NCBI RefSeq assembly: GCF_018977255.1
Contig: NW_024704743.1
Location: forward strand, 57,414,001-57,478,000
Source of the DNA: Callorhinchus milii
Taxonomy: Eukaryota
Length of the DNA stretch: 64,000 nt
Reading direction: 5' to 3'
Part shown: positions 25,451 through 48,054 of the stretch, in pieces
Numbering within the stretch: position 1 is the first letter of the stretch
Layout: every line of letters begins with the position of its first letter
Made by a program: the position numbers and the translations under genes
Notes under the pieces: generated by a model
Seen by the model: the letters and a program-made list of their open reading frames with translations, nothing else
The model's database searches: none
What the model was told of the DNA's origin: nothing

Positions 25451-28400
25451 GGATTTAGTAATATAATCCAGCATCCTGTTTTCCTTGTTATCGTTGCCAC
25501 AAACTATTTTGACATGGTGAGCAATGAGTCAACTAACTCAGATCTCTCAGCTTTTCCCTTGGTAAGTTCTCTCCCATCCACGGAGCACACGTTTGCTCTT
25601 CTAGTCATAATGTGGTGTCTGTCAGCTTGAATGCAGAATGGCACAAGGCCATCTTGCTGAGTGCTCAAAGGTGTTAGAATATTATAATACTGGTCTCAAA
25701 CCTCAGATGCAGTCGTGCATTGTTCAACTAATGGCCAGAGGAGGGCAGCTTCATACAGTAGTGATTTTTTTTCACAAAAGCCATCTTCTATCCAAAACAG
25801 CCACTGATTAAGGGGAGAATTTCACATTATTTGGCAACAACAAAGACGCAAAATATCAAATTGCACATAGAAGTGTCCCACAAACAGTCGAGGATTGAGT
25901 GACCATTTTTTTTTGGTATTATTACCCCCGGAAAACAAATCTGCCAATCAACTAAGCACCAGGTTCGTACTTACTACTAGGTAAACGGAAGAGTGTGGAA
26001 TAAGGAAACTTGCCTAATGTTTTGCCACACATTTTTTTTTGTTTCTTGGCTAAGCAAGGATTCATTAAAGGAGATTGTGTGAAGCACAGGGAATAGAGCA
26101 ACTCGGTGTCATTGTGTAAAGATAACTGGAGGCAATGTGGTAAGTAACTAATCCCCAAAATTTACCTCAGTTAGAATGAAAAGAAATGAGCACAGGATGG
26201 CAACAGGGAGCAAAGCACAAGTCGAGAGATAACCATGCAAACAAATTTAAAGATATTTCTCTTTTAGAGTTAAAAATGAAGACATTTCAGAATAAAGGAG
26301 AAAATGTTTAAATGGGAATTACAAGTAAAGGCAGCATTCTAATTATAAATTAATTCCTCAATATCCATTACCAATGCTATTAGTTTTAAAACATGTTTAA
26401 AGGGGAAAGTAAGTCTGAGGAATGGGAGGAAAATGTTTCCCACTTTAAGGAAGCAGGTTTTTCTTCAGAAAAGCCAGGCTTTTCTTCAGATCAACCTGGG
26501 GCCAATCTAAATCTAACCCTGTCGGAAAAAGACAAGTTTACAGCCAACCTCAGTTGAGCTCTACTGTATCTAGCTGATAGGTGATGCTGGATTGGCCCAA
26601 GGTCATTTGGAATCACTGCCTACTGTTAATATTAATTAGACCACGCCAGGTTAAAATAACCCTTGTATTTAATCTTGCCTCTGTCTTGTCAGGAGGAAGT
26701 CTTGAAGCCCTTCACAGGATTTACTGTAAAGGGTAGCGACTGTATTTTGTTGGTAAACGCAGCAGACGATTTGTACACAATACGTCCCAAAGCCAGCCAT
26801 GAAGTGAATGAGCAATTTTATCCAGGAGTTGCTGGTCACTACACCTGGAGTAACCCACTTCTCTTTAAATAGTGCCATGGGACCTTCAAAGTCTACCTGA
26901 TCAGACAGACAGGTCCTCGGTTTATTATCTCAACCAAAGGACAGCAATGCTCCACTAGGACGACAATGAAATATCTGCCTAGACTGTGAGTTTGAAGTGC
27001 CAAAGTCAGACTGGACAGGATGCATACAGGCCAGCCCCACAACCCTCTGTAAGAGCAGACACAAAACATTCTAATGAAAGTTAAAATCAGTTATTCAGTA
27101 CCAGCGAGTTTTTTCCCTTTAATAAACCAAAGTTGGGGAGCTGCTTTGTACAGAAAGTACTGGAATTCTTACACACACCCTTGTACTTTCCCTTTTCTTT
27201 AGAGAATTAATCAAACACACCAACAAGGAGCAATGAGGTAATCACATGTAGCAATCATTGCAGTGCCAGACTATAGGTGGAAAGTTCAACATGACACGTT
27301 TTCCTGCTTAAGTATCATCTTTAAATGACTAGCAACAGCAGAGTAACATTTACTGGAGTCATTGAATGATAGAAAATAATGAGATCAAAGTGCATGATAT
27401 AGGATATACTGCACATAAATGCAGAGCACCCCAGGGTGTGTTTATTTTATTAAGAATGTCAGGGTTAAAATACTTATCTTGCTTTGATTCCATGTTCCAA
27501 TGCAATGAGTAACTGGATTGAGCCATTCAAGTTAAATGGCAATGCATATTATATGATGAAAAGAATATTTTAATTATGTATATACATATTTTAATTATGT
27601 AAATACTGGTGTTAATTATAGTAATCCTGGTGATTACATTCATAAAAGGATTTTAATGTAGTTACAAGCATCAAAATGCTTAGATGTAACTAGAGTCTGA
27701 GACACTACCTTGTGTGGAGGGCGCTATCTAAGTTGTTGTCGAGCCCACAATGCAACTCCAAACAAGGGAGTTTCTTCCACTCTCCTGGCCAACAATTCTC
27801 CAGAAGAGGAACATGCATGAAAAGATCACCAACATTATAGAGAAGATTTAACTGGCAAATATAAAATGCGACAGTAAATGTATGCCCAAACTTACTTTAA
27901 TTCAATGGGGAAGGAGAAATTAAGTACACAGAGCGAATAAAATCAAACAAAGAATTTTAAAGATATTATTTATTCATCATGCACATGAGAACTACATTTA
28001 AATCACAAATCAGGTTATTGCATTACAAGAAATGCCTATGAATTAGACAAGATATCTGGTTGTCTAATTACATAAAGTAATTCTATTTGCATTCTACTGT
28101 ATTAGAAACTTTCTACTATATTAGAAACTTGACGGTTCACACCCTTGAATTCCATTTTATCCCCCGGTAATTGCACTCACACTCATTAATAAAAACTCAG
28201 GTTACAGCAGAGAAATGATTGTAAAAACAGCTGTGTTGGAGTCAGGAGCACAAGGACAAAGATGCACGCTGGCTTTACAGACAGATGCTCTTTTCTCAAT
28301 CTTGGATCTTTCTTGAAATGCATTTCCCCCATTTCTGAATAATTGCTCTGGGATTAGTAACTGCTTCTCCAGATATCAGGGAGAAACAAAATGGGAAAAA

Positions 28401-28789
28401 CATGACAGATTCAAGCACACAATGGGGGGAGGAAGTGAGAAAAAGATGGCAAACAAAGAGGAAGTATAGAACAAGGTGTGCGCGCACACATATTCGAGTT
28501 TCAAAATTCGTGTTCTGAATACCATACAATTTTAATGTCAGAACACTATTGTTTGACTTAACACTAAAAGTTGCATTTTGCAATGAGAATTAAGGTTCCG
28601 ATGAAAAAAAGTGTAAATGTTCAGTTCTTAGGTAGTATTGTGACAAAAAAAATCTATTCAGTTTGACCAGAATTACATTTAGTAAAATGTAAATACTTAT
28701 TTACTTAAATACTAATTTACATTGACAATTTGTCCCTTTTTAATATAATATTTTGTTATGTTATAGGAATACCAGAATATCCAAACAAA

Positions 28790-30782
28790 TGAAAACATTT
28801 AACATTTATTGGAGGAAAATAAAACCACCTAAAAACTCAAGCACAAGTTATTAAGGATCCCAGTTGTTAAAAAATATTTAATGACAGAAGCAAGTCAAAT
28901 ATCCATTTTCAAAACTTCACTTGGAACTTAAAAGCCAACCACTGCCATGTAAAGTGTACTGACAAATATATAGGCTGCAATACATGATTGTTGTGAGAGT
29001 TTTAAACTATTTGCTTGATGAAAAGTTGCCAGCTATACACAAAAACAACCTCTGTGCAATGAACCATTGATGCGTGAATTGGCAATTGTATTCCTCAAAA
29101 ATTAAAATATGAATTAGTGTGTTAATAGGTCTTTTCTTGAACTATGAAAATAAATTTCTGAGTTTAGTTGAAGCTTTTCATAAACAAATTAGTGTTTTCA
29201 GTTTGCAAAAGTAAATAAGCAATGACAAAATATGACACGTTTACTTTTAACATACAAAAGATTACAAAATAGTTTGTGAAGTTGAATACAAAACTACAAC
29301 TAGCGAACAGAGTTTTAAACACTTATATCTTGAAACAGAAATGTTTCACTCATTTCCATTAAGCAAAATAGCACAAAGTGGAGAAAGCAAACACAGAATT
29401 GGTTTCAAGTAAGAAAACCACCTCAACATAGCAAAAAAACAAGCCATTGAATAAACTCATTGCCATACTCTTCAGTACTATTACACTTAACCATCTACAA
29501 CTAAATCCACCAAAATTATTAAGGCTGGTTTAATTTATTTTGCAGTTCACTAATTTGCAATGCAATCAGTTTTGTTCAGTTTCATTGGAGATGGGATTTA
29601 CCAATGGGATATGACTTTTCCACTTCTAGGATCCCACAACTTAAATTCATACTTTAAAGTGCAAAATAGCCAAATGTTTTTGAATATTGAATTATATAGG
29701 GTGTTACCCACACAAACAGAATTCAGTGACCAGTTCCTGCAGTCCACCTCTAATCAGAGTATCGAAACAAGGTTAATTTTCAGAACAAAAACATTTTAAC
29801 ACATTTAGTAGAAATCACAATTTCCCATCCCTTAGTTGCACTCAATGACTGTTGAATAAATTAGTTACATAAAGCTAGATAAGAGTCCAGCTACTATAAT
29901 ATTGCACATTTTTCTACTTTTAGCAAATGTTAACTGAATAGTGGAATGCAGGGCATGTTTTTAAACCTGTTTTCTGATGCTTAAACAATCATATCAACTC
30001 CAATGCTGTACTGCATTAATATTACTTTAGCACAAAAAACAATTTCCAGCATATACAGGTAGAACCAACAGGCTTGGATAAATTGCAACGTTTTTGACAA
30101 ACTGAGCTCAGGGACCACAGTGTGAACATTTGGATTGTAATTATTTTAATTTTCATCAGTTAGTTCAGGGTGTCAAATAAGAATTTGTGGCAAATTGCTA
30201 CAAATAGTTAGTTAGGGACCTGTAATTCAGACAACAGAATATCTAGACAATATTATGCAGATTACTATTGCATGGAATCCATGCATTAAGACATTACCAC
30301 ACTCTTAAAAGCGCCCAAAAATGTACAAGGATGTCTCAACCTTAAAATTGAAAGCTAATTCTTCAGTCAGACTTAAAATGTAACCTCTGGTTAACAATTG
30401 GTGATCCCATGCTTCATGTGCATTGAACTAATACACCCCAATAGCTGTTCAATTTTACGGTTCCATTAATACTTAAGAGTTCTAGTCAAAACATCTATTA
30501 TGCCAAATAGATTTTTTTCAGCAGGTGAAGGATTAATACAAAAAAGCCCAGCTCACCCAATAAGAATCTGATCTGTTGTCCACTTGAAATCTACCTGTTC
30601 AGGTTAACTTTCATCAGAACATGGGGTAAAGTAACCATTGGTTGACTACTACCTTGAAATCATCCCGGGACATTGAATGTCTGTACAATTACAGTAGTGG
30701 TTATTCCAATACATTTTTACATGTACCATTTGTCATTTCTTGCAAGACCTTCATATCAATGGTTTGTCAGTTACTAACTGCT
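28790..30782 (-). other. TMEM106B: Probable TMEM106B 3' UTR (~2 kb; may extend further)
   Basis: AU-rich, TE-free stretch after the stop codon. AATAAA on the minus strand at 28810-28805 is followed by a GU/U-rich tract. Alternative AATAAA at 29539-29534. Confidence 0.6.
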
Positions 30783-40280
<9,498 letters not shown>

Positions 40281-40424
40281 AGTTCAACAGTCACCTTAGA
40301 AGAAAAATTCCAAAGGTTACAAATTACAAAGTTACGCTTGTATTTAAAATCCTGAAGCAGCCTACATAAAAGTCTCTAAATCAAGCCTGAGACATCCAAA
40401 AGAGGAACCAACTAGTAAACTTAA

Positions 40425-40755
40425 AACAACAAGATTACATTCGATGGCAAGGTCAAAGAGGAGGGTTTTGAGGCGGGACTTGAAGGAGGCTAAGGAGGGG
40501 GTGAGGCGGAGTGAGTGGGCGATGGAGTTCCGGAGGTTGGGGGCAGAGTGGCTGAAGGCTCTCCCGCCAATGGTGGGGCGGGGGGGTCGGGTGACACGGA
40601 GCAGTCCGGAGCCGGCTGAGCGGAGGGAGCGGGCGGGTTGGTAGGGGGTTAGGAGGTCGCAGGGGTAGGGTGGATGAGGCCATCGAGGGCTTTGTAGGTG
40701 AGGACCAGGATCTTGAACTGGATCCTCTGAAGGACAGGGAGCCAATGGAGTCAGT
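40425..40755 (-). mobile_element. L2 3' fragment (intron 1)
   Basis: DLLTPYQPARSLRSAGSGLLRV..PTIGGRAFS peptide. Confidence 0.88.
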
Positions 40756-41645
40756 AAAAATCCTGAATGTACACTAAATACATTCTATTATGTTGACCAT
40801 AATCACATCAGCAATTTAGTTACTATACCAATCAGTCAGCATTCCACTAAAGTATCAAACTGGTGATCATCAATTTGATTCATAGAGCACCTCTCACTTG
40901 CACGTGGGTTTACCACGATTGTTTATTCACAAGTCTACTTTCCAATTAAACCAAACATTTCTTTGTTAACATGGAGCTGTGTTGTCATGCAATGATTCAT
41001 GTTTTCAAACAAATAACAAAACAGGAATACATTAAGTGATTAACACAAACATAAGGTTGACAGTTGAGACCATATTCTCAGATGCTTTGAGAAAATCAAA
41101 GATTTAACTTCAACAGCATTATAAAAGCAGTACATTTAATATAACCCTTGCATTTGATGTAGTAGCACTTTATCAATCTTGAATATATCTCAAAGCTATT
41201 CATAGGATTTACTGCAAAGTGTAGTGAGTGACTATTCTGTAAGTAAACAAAGCAATTTTACACTCAGCAAAGACCCTTATTTCACAATACTGTGCCAGGA
41301 CATCAAAAGAAACTAATTTCTTTTTGAATGCAACAAGAACTTTAGCATCCATCTTAACAGGCAGATTGTGCCTTGGTTTAACATCTATTTATAAGGAGAG
41401 CATCTCCAACAATGTAGTGCAAAGTGCAGAAGCATAAAAATTATCACATGCTTGGACGCAATTTCTAGATTTTACTTGGTAAACAAACACTGCATATATC
41501 AACTAAAAATGTAGTTTAGCTTTCCTTTTAATAATTCAAGATAAACAAACATTTGCAAGCAAGATTTTGCAATCATGTAAGTCAGTGTGAGATGAACATT
41601 TAGAAGTTAATTCTGAAAACAATCAACCAATCATCCTTGCATTTG

Positions 41646-41785
41646 ATATATGTATATATGTGTGTGTATATATATATATATAGTGTCTATAACATCAAAA
41701 GACTTTACAGGGAATTAATGTCAAGTATACTGACTATTATGTAGGTAGACCACAGCCAAGTTGTCACAACAAGCCATATATACAT

Positions 41786-41820
<35 letters not shown>
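41646..41820. repeat. Two (TA)n/(TG)n/(CA)n microsatellites
   Basis: Visible at ~41646-41682 and ~41777-41820. Confidence 0.9.
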
Positions 41821-41825
<5 letters not shown>

Positions 41826-42064
41826 CCTATCTGGAAGATTATTAGCCAGAGCATTGAAGGAATATCCCTCATCTTTCTAATCAAAAATACCAATACAGTC
41901 CTACCCACTTATCTTGAACCCGCTTAAATCAATATCCGTCTTATGTAGAGAAAAAGAAGTCCCAGTCGCTTCTCCTCATAGAAACACATTAAGCTGACCA
42001 TGTATGTACATGTCGACAAACTTCAGCAGACTTACATCAACAGATTTTTCAAGTCCCAACAGTA

Positions 42065-43370
42065 CAATACAAAATGGCATTTATAAATAGTCTTTCATGT
42101 CATGAGGACATTCCAAAGCGCTGAACAGTCAGGGATTAGGACCCAAGCAGAGGTGGTTGGAACAAGGAGGGTGGAGGGCAGAGAGGATAGCTGAAGGTAC
42201 AGTCGAAGAGGAGGCATGCCTTGAAAGAGGCATGGGAGAGAGCAAGGTGAAGGAAATGTGGGATAGAGTGCCAGGGGGTGGGGACAGAAACGTTGAAGGC
42301 CTGACCCCTGATGGTGAGGCTTGCCGGGCGAGGGACATGGAGCAGGGTAGAGCCTGCTGAGCTGAGATGTTGATAAGGGTTACCAGGCCGGAGAGGTAGA
42401 GGGGGCAAGGTCGTGGAGAGCATTGTAGGTGATACAAATTTTCAAATCGATTCTCTGAGGGATGGGGAGCTAGTGAAGCCAGGTGACAGTGGGTGTGATG
42501 GGGGCACAGAGCCTGGTGCAGGCGAGGACATGAGCTGCAGAGTTCTGGATGATCTGCAGCTTATGGAGGGAAGAGTTGGGAAGGCCGGCAAGCGGGGCGT
42601 TGGCATAATTGAGCCTGGATGTAATGAAGGCATGTATGAGGGTTTCGGCGGCCTAAGGGGTAAAGTAATTGTGGAGTCACGCAATGTCGCAGAGGTGGGG
42701 GAAGCAGAGCGCGTCATGGTATGAACTTGGGTGAGAAAGGACAGTTGAGGGTCGAACAAGATGCCTAGGTTCCTGACTGGCTTGGTTAGGTGGAGTGTGC
42801 ATCCGTGGATGCTGATGCTGCCAGTGCCTGAGGTGCAGAGCTTCGATCTTGCTGATGTTCAACTGTAGAAAGTTGACTCTCATCCAGGACTTGATGTCTG
42901 TCAGGCAGTCTGTCAGGACCTCAGTGGTCCAAGAGTTGAGGGTGGAGGCAAAAAGATATGGGTTGGATGTCATCCACATAACATGTGGAAGTTAACCCCA
43001 TGTCTGCAGATGATGTCACCAAGAGGGAGCATGTACAGGTTGAAGAGGAGAGGATCGAGGACAGAGCCCTGAGGAACACCGCACAAGACAGTGCAGGGGG
43101 TAGAGGAGAAGCCGTTTGTGGAGACAAAGTGGAATCGGTATGAGATAGGGTCCGAACCATTCAAGGACAGAATCTTGAAGATTAAGGTGAGAGAGGCGGT
43201 GGAGGAGGATAGAGTGGTTCACAGTATCGAAGGCAGCAGAGAGGTCGAGGAGTCAGAGGCGGCCCTCATTTGACAGAACCTTGACCAGGGCATTGTGTCA
43301 AAATCGCTCATGTCAAGTCCTTTATGTAATGAAGGCATATATGAGGGTTTTGGCAACCTAAGGGGTGAAG
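42065..43370 (-). mobile_element. L2 LINE fragment, RT region to tail (intron 1)
   Basis: [46 protein letters not shown]. Confidence 0.92.
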
Positions 43371-43549
43371 TAGTTGGAGGAGTCAGGTAATATGTGACAG
43401 TGATTGCAGGCAAATGTGTGTCACGTGGGTGTGTGGCACATTAGCCAAATTACACCTATAAAAACAGGCGTGTTGTGAGTGCTGTTTGTATTGCTTGTAC
43501 CACGATGGATACCACACCTTGAATGAAACATGTTTGAAAATGTTTGAGG

Positions 43550-44085
43550 ATAACAACAACAAAATTATATTTAAATGGCGCCTTTCACGTTGGGAGGATG
43601 TCCCAAGGCACTGGATAGACAGAGTTTCGGACTCGAGCTGAGGGTGGGTGGGGGGGAAGCAGGGAGATTGTAAGTACGGTCGAAGAGGAGGTTCTTGAGG
43701 TGGGTCTTGAAGGTGGCGAGATGGAGGTACTGCAGGATGGAGTTCTAGAGGGTGGGTGCAGAGTAGCGATAGTGGGGCAAGCAAGGCGGGGGACGTGAAG
43801 CAGGCCAGAGCCTGCTGAGCGGGGAGATCGAACAGGATGGTAGGGGATTAGGAGATCGCAGAGGTAGGGGGGAGCAAGACCATGGAGGATTTTGAAGGTG
43901 AGGACCAGGATCTTGAACCGTATCCTCTTTGTGATGGGAAGCCAGTGGAGTTGGGCAAGGATGGGGGTGATAGGGTCATGGAGCCTAGTGTGGGAGAGGA
44001 CATGGGCCGCAGAGTTCTGGATGATCTGCAACGTGTGGAGGGAGGAGTTGGGGAGGCCGACAAGCAGTGAGTTTGCAAAGTCGAG
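43550..44085 (-). mobile_element. L2 3' fragment (intron 1)
   Basis: QIIQNSAAHVL..DPITPILAQLHWLPITKRIRFKIL. Confidence 0.9.
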
Positions 44086-45486
44086 GATAAATAGCGCACA
44101 GTCATAGCAATTGAGAGTGGAAAGTCATGAAGTCTGCGAAACCTTCTCTGTGAAGCATAGCACCCTACATGGTTAGCTGAAATCTGTGAAACGCATAAAG
44201 GCCAATTACGAAGCAGGGATGAAGGAAAACTGCAAAATATGAAGATCTTGAGAATGTATTAGTTATGCGGTTTAATGAAAAACTCATCAAAAATCCCACC
44301 AACACAAGTGCTCAGGACACGCTCATTGAGAAGGCCAAGGCTTTTGCCGATCGGTTACACGTTGAAAATTTCTGCTGACAAACCAAGCTAGACAAACAAA
44401 CCTTTCGCAACAGTCACTTAAGAGTACTGCAAACCCACAAAATATACACTCAATTCACTTTACAATACATTCTGTGAAGCACTTTGAGATGTCGAAGATG
44501 TGATAAGCTGCTATATCAAATGCAAGGATTATTATTAGACCCACAACATTTCCAGAGGAGAATGCTCATAAGCCAAGCTATATCTTTAATACCCGGGAAC
44601 AGCCTTGATCTTATTAAATGGCAGGGCAGCCTTGAGTGGCCAAATGGCCTACTCCTGCTCCTATTTCTTATGTTCTTAGGGCAAGCTTCCCTCTGCTTGT
44701 TCAGCCTAGACCACCCTTCTTGTTAGGCCTTTGGCTTGCAGTTAGCAAGATCCAAGTGGAAAGGAGCCACTGCTAACAGTGACTTATCTACCCAACCGGG
44801 TTCTGCTGACAAACCAAGCTAGCTGGTCCTTTCGCAAGTCACTTAAGAGTCCTACAAACCCACCCAGCTCAGGAACAGACTGTAGAGATCACCCAGAGAT
44901 TTGAGACATTTCATTGCCAACCTTAGCTCCAAGGAGATTATTTACCACAAATTAAGTCATTTGGCATCCAACAAGCACAAGTTTGAGCCCTTGCTCGGTG
45001 GATGGCAGGAACTTCCTGCAAGCTTCTTGGTGGCCAGTACTGTACAGCTCAGGAAATAAACAGAAGCTGCATTCACCTACAAAACACACTAACTGGTGTC
45101 ACTACTCTACATTGCAAAATTTTGTGAAGCACTTTTGAGACATCCTCCCAACGTGAAAGGGTCAACTGTATATCAAACACGAAGATTATTAATCAATGCA
45201 ATTCATTCCACATCCCCATAACAGTTAGATACACACAACATGAATCCCATGAACACCATCAATAATTGAAACCACAGAGGCACTCGATTCTCTTACACCC
45301 ATCGCCACCACCCGGGGCTGGGAACCTGCCTGACCCTCTCCCCCTGGCCTGGAAACACGAAACACGACAGCTGCTCGAGTGCAATCGGGCGACAGGATCA
45401 ACAACAAAGTGCATTTATAGAGCATATAGAGCCTTTATAGAGCCTTTCACTGCCCCGGGGACGTGCCAACTGCACCCGAGTGACCA

Positions 45487-46515
45487 GCCCGGTCTCACAC
45501 ACAGGCCACAGGGGCCCCGTCTGACACACAGGCCACAGGGGCCCCGTCTGACACACAGGCCACAGGGGCCCCGTCTCACACACACAGGGGCCCGGTCTCA
45601 CACACAGGCCACAGGGGCCCGGTCTCACACACAGGCCACAGGGGCCCTGTCTCACACACAGGCCACAGGGGCCCCGGTCCTCACACACAGGGGCCCGTCA
45701 CTCACACAGGGGCCCGTCACTCACACACAGGCCACAGGGGCCCCGTCTCACACACAGGGCTCACACACAGGGGCCCGTACTCACACACAGGCCACAGGGG
45801 CCCCGTCTCACACACAGGACACAGGGGCCCGTCACTCACACACAGGACACAGGGGCCCGTCCTCACACACAGGCCACAGGGGCCCCGTCTGACACACAGG
45901 CCACAGGGGCCCGGTCTGACACACAGGCCACAGGGGCCCGGTCTGACACACAGGCCACAGGGGCCCGGTCTGACACACAGGCCACAGGGGCCCGGTCTGA
46001 CACACAGGCCACAGGGGCCCGTCTCACACACAGGCCACAGGGGCCCGTCTCACACACAGGCCACAGGGGCCCGTCTACACACAGGCCACAGGGCCCGTCA
46101 CCACACACAGGGGCCCGGTCTCACACACACAGGGGCCCGGTCTCACACACAGGCCACAGGGGCCCTGTCACTCACACACAGGGGCCCCGTCACTCACACA
46201 CAGGCCACAGGGGCCCCGTCACTCACACACAGGCCACAGGGGCCCCGTCACTCACACACAGGCCACAGGGGCCCCGTCACTCACACACAGGGGCCCCGTC
46301 ACTCACACACAGGCCACAGGGGCCCCGTCACTCACACACAGGCCACAGGGGCCCCGTCACTCACACACAGGCCACAGGGGCCCCGTCACTCACACACAGG
46401 CCACAGGGCCCCGTCACTCACACACAGGGGCCCCGTCACTCACACACAGGCCACAGGGCCCCGTCACTCACACACAGGCCACAGGGCCCGGTCTCACACA
46501 CAGGCCACGGGCTGA
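45487..46515. repeat. GC-rich minisatellite, ~20-30 bp unit (consensus ~CACACACAGGCCACAGGGGCCCCGTCACT), roughly 40 copies
   Basis: Directly visible tandem array with unit variants; explains the repetitive ORFs at 45266-46108. Confidence 0.97.
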
Positions 46516-46529
46516 CACCCCCCCCCCCC

Positions 46530-47130
46530 CAGGCCAGGCCGAGAAACCCAGAGCTTGTCCCAGCTCAGACCTGTGGTTGGGCCTCGGCCACTCGTTGCTT
46601 CCTCCCCGGTGTCAGTGACGGGAGTCCGGGCGGCGCGGCTCTCACCTGCCTCCTGGGCTCTCCCGGTCACAGGGCCACTGCTTCCTTCTTTCTTTCTCAC
46701 TCACTCCCTCGCGCGCGACGCGACCGTTATTCTATTTAAGCGTCCGCACGGGGACTGACGATAAACACTGCACTCCGCGCACGCGCAGTCGTCTCCCTCC
46801 CTCCCTGACTGACCACGTCAGCAGGTGCCGCAGCGGGGCGTCACGGGATGACATCACAGCCCCGATGTAAACAACACCTCTCCCCCTTCACAACGTGGCG
46901 TGCTGCGTCACGCCGTCGGTCTCTCCGCTCCGCCCCGCCCCCTCACGTGCCTGAAGCTCACCCGCCCACAGAGCAGGAGGTGGGGAGGGAGGGAGGGGGG
47001 GGGGTGGGCTGACGCTCTCTGGTGTTGTGCAATCCCTCTCATGGTTTGGTAACCAGCCTCGGGTGGTGGGGTCCGATTCCCCGCGGGCAGGGAGGGAGGG
47101 AGGGCAAAATGTTTCCTTGCTCCGCAGTCA
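46530..47130 (-). promoter_or_regulatory. CpG-island promoter of TMEM106B
   Basis: The only CpG-dense non-repeat region in the window. Contains GC boxes (46931-46940), an E-box, CRE-like sites and an NRF1-like motif, ~6.4 kb upstream of the ATG exon. Confidence 0.85.
46646..46710 (-). other. TMEM106B: Probable non-coding exon 1 of TMEM106B
   Basis: Strong donor CAG|GTGAGA at 46646/46645 inside the CpG island. TATA-like TTAAATAG at ~46739-46732. The TSS position is estimated. Confidence 0.65.
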
Positions 47131-47166
47131 GTCAGTCAGTCAGTAGCCGGTTGTTAGTTGATTGAC

Positions 47167-47440
47167 GGATATAATAATAATAATAATAATTATCCTCGCA
47201 TTTGATGCAGCGCTTTTCACGTCGGGAGGACGTCCGAAAGCTCCTCCGGGGAAAATAATTCCTTCAAAAATGACTCCACGACTGTTTGTAGGGCACTGGC
47301 TGCTGTGCGCGGTTGGGCTGCCGCGTGTCGCCCGCAGCACATACAGTCAATCCACTTTTGACAGTATGTCCCGTGAAGCGCTTTGAGACGTCCTGAAGAC
47401 GTGATAGGGCGCTACATCAAATGCAAGGATTATTATCGTT
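47167..47440. mobile_element. Two oppositely oriented SINE/L2-tail fragments next to the promoter, with CpGs retained
   Basis: Minus-strand tail at 47167-47245 followed by a plus-strand Deu core and tail ending ATCAAATGCAAGGATTATTAT. Confidence 0.7.
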
Positions 47441-48054
47441 ATCTATTGAAATAACGATTCGCCCCTACGCTGCAGTACACCTTTAGTTTTATATATCACT
47501 CTTATTTTTCAATTACAAATTTATGTTTACATAGCGCTCTTCACATGGGGTAACATCTCGGAGAACTTCGCAAAGGCACTTTTGGTTACAGAGCAGAACA
47601 CCCCCCCCCCCCCCCCACCCCCGGGCCAGGCTGAGAACCCCCCACAAACTCAGAACTCGTCCTAAGGTGTGTGGACGAGGGTGTGGACGAGGCGCAGTCA
47701 GAAATATGAGATGTTTAGGTGGGATTCAAAGTGGGAGCGAGGGGGATAAAGGGAGGGATCTCCAGAGATTGGGGTGTAGTTTCAAGACAAAATATCTTAA
47801 ACTGTCCCATCAAATCCAAACCCTGAGAAAAGCTAATGATCTGAAACCTGGGAGGTTCAGGCTCTTCTGGCTTCTCTGATTCTCTTTCCTCTTGTTTCAG
47901 CCTATAACTCCTCCACTAGATGATGCTCCCAGCTGTCTAGTTACTCAAGAGCTGGGATGCCTACATAACAATGCTGCCACTGCAGTCATGATCACGGACT
48001 GCAAGGGTCTCATCAGGCAGGGCACATTTCACATGCCCAGATTCATCATTGAAG

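Noticed and set aside
1..28000. Exons of VWDE, the convergent neighbour of TMEM106B in amniotes
   Set aside because: I found no EGF-like or VWD-coding exons on the plus strand by eye. The gene may lie outside the window; tBLASTn would settle it.
45266..46108. Long repetitive ORFs (208 aa on plus; CGLC-repeat ORFs on minus)
   Set aside because: Translations of the minisatellite, which lacks stops in several frames; no sign of a real protein.
45487..46515. CRISPR-like array
   Set aside because: Head-to-tail tandem units with no unique spacers, no cas genes and a vertebrate context.
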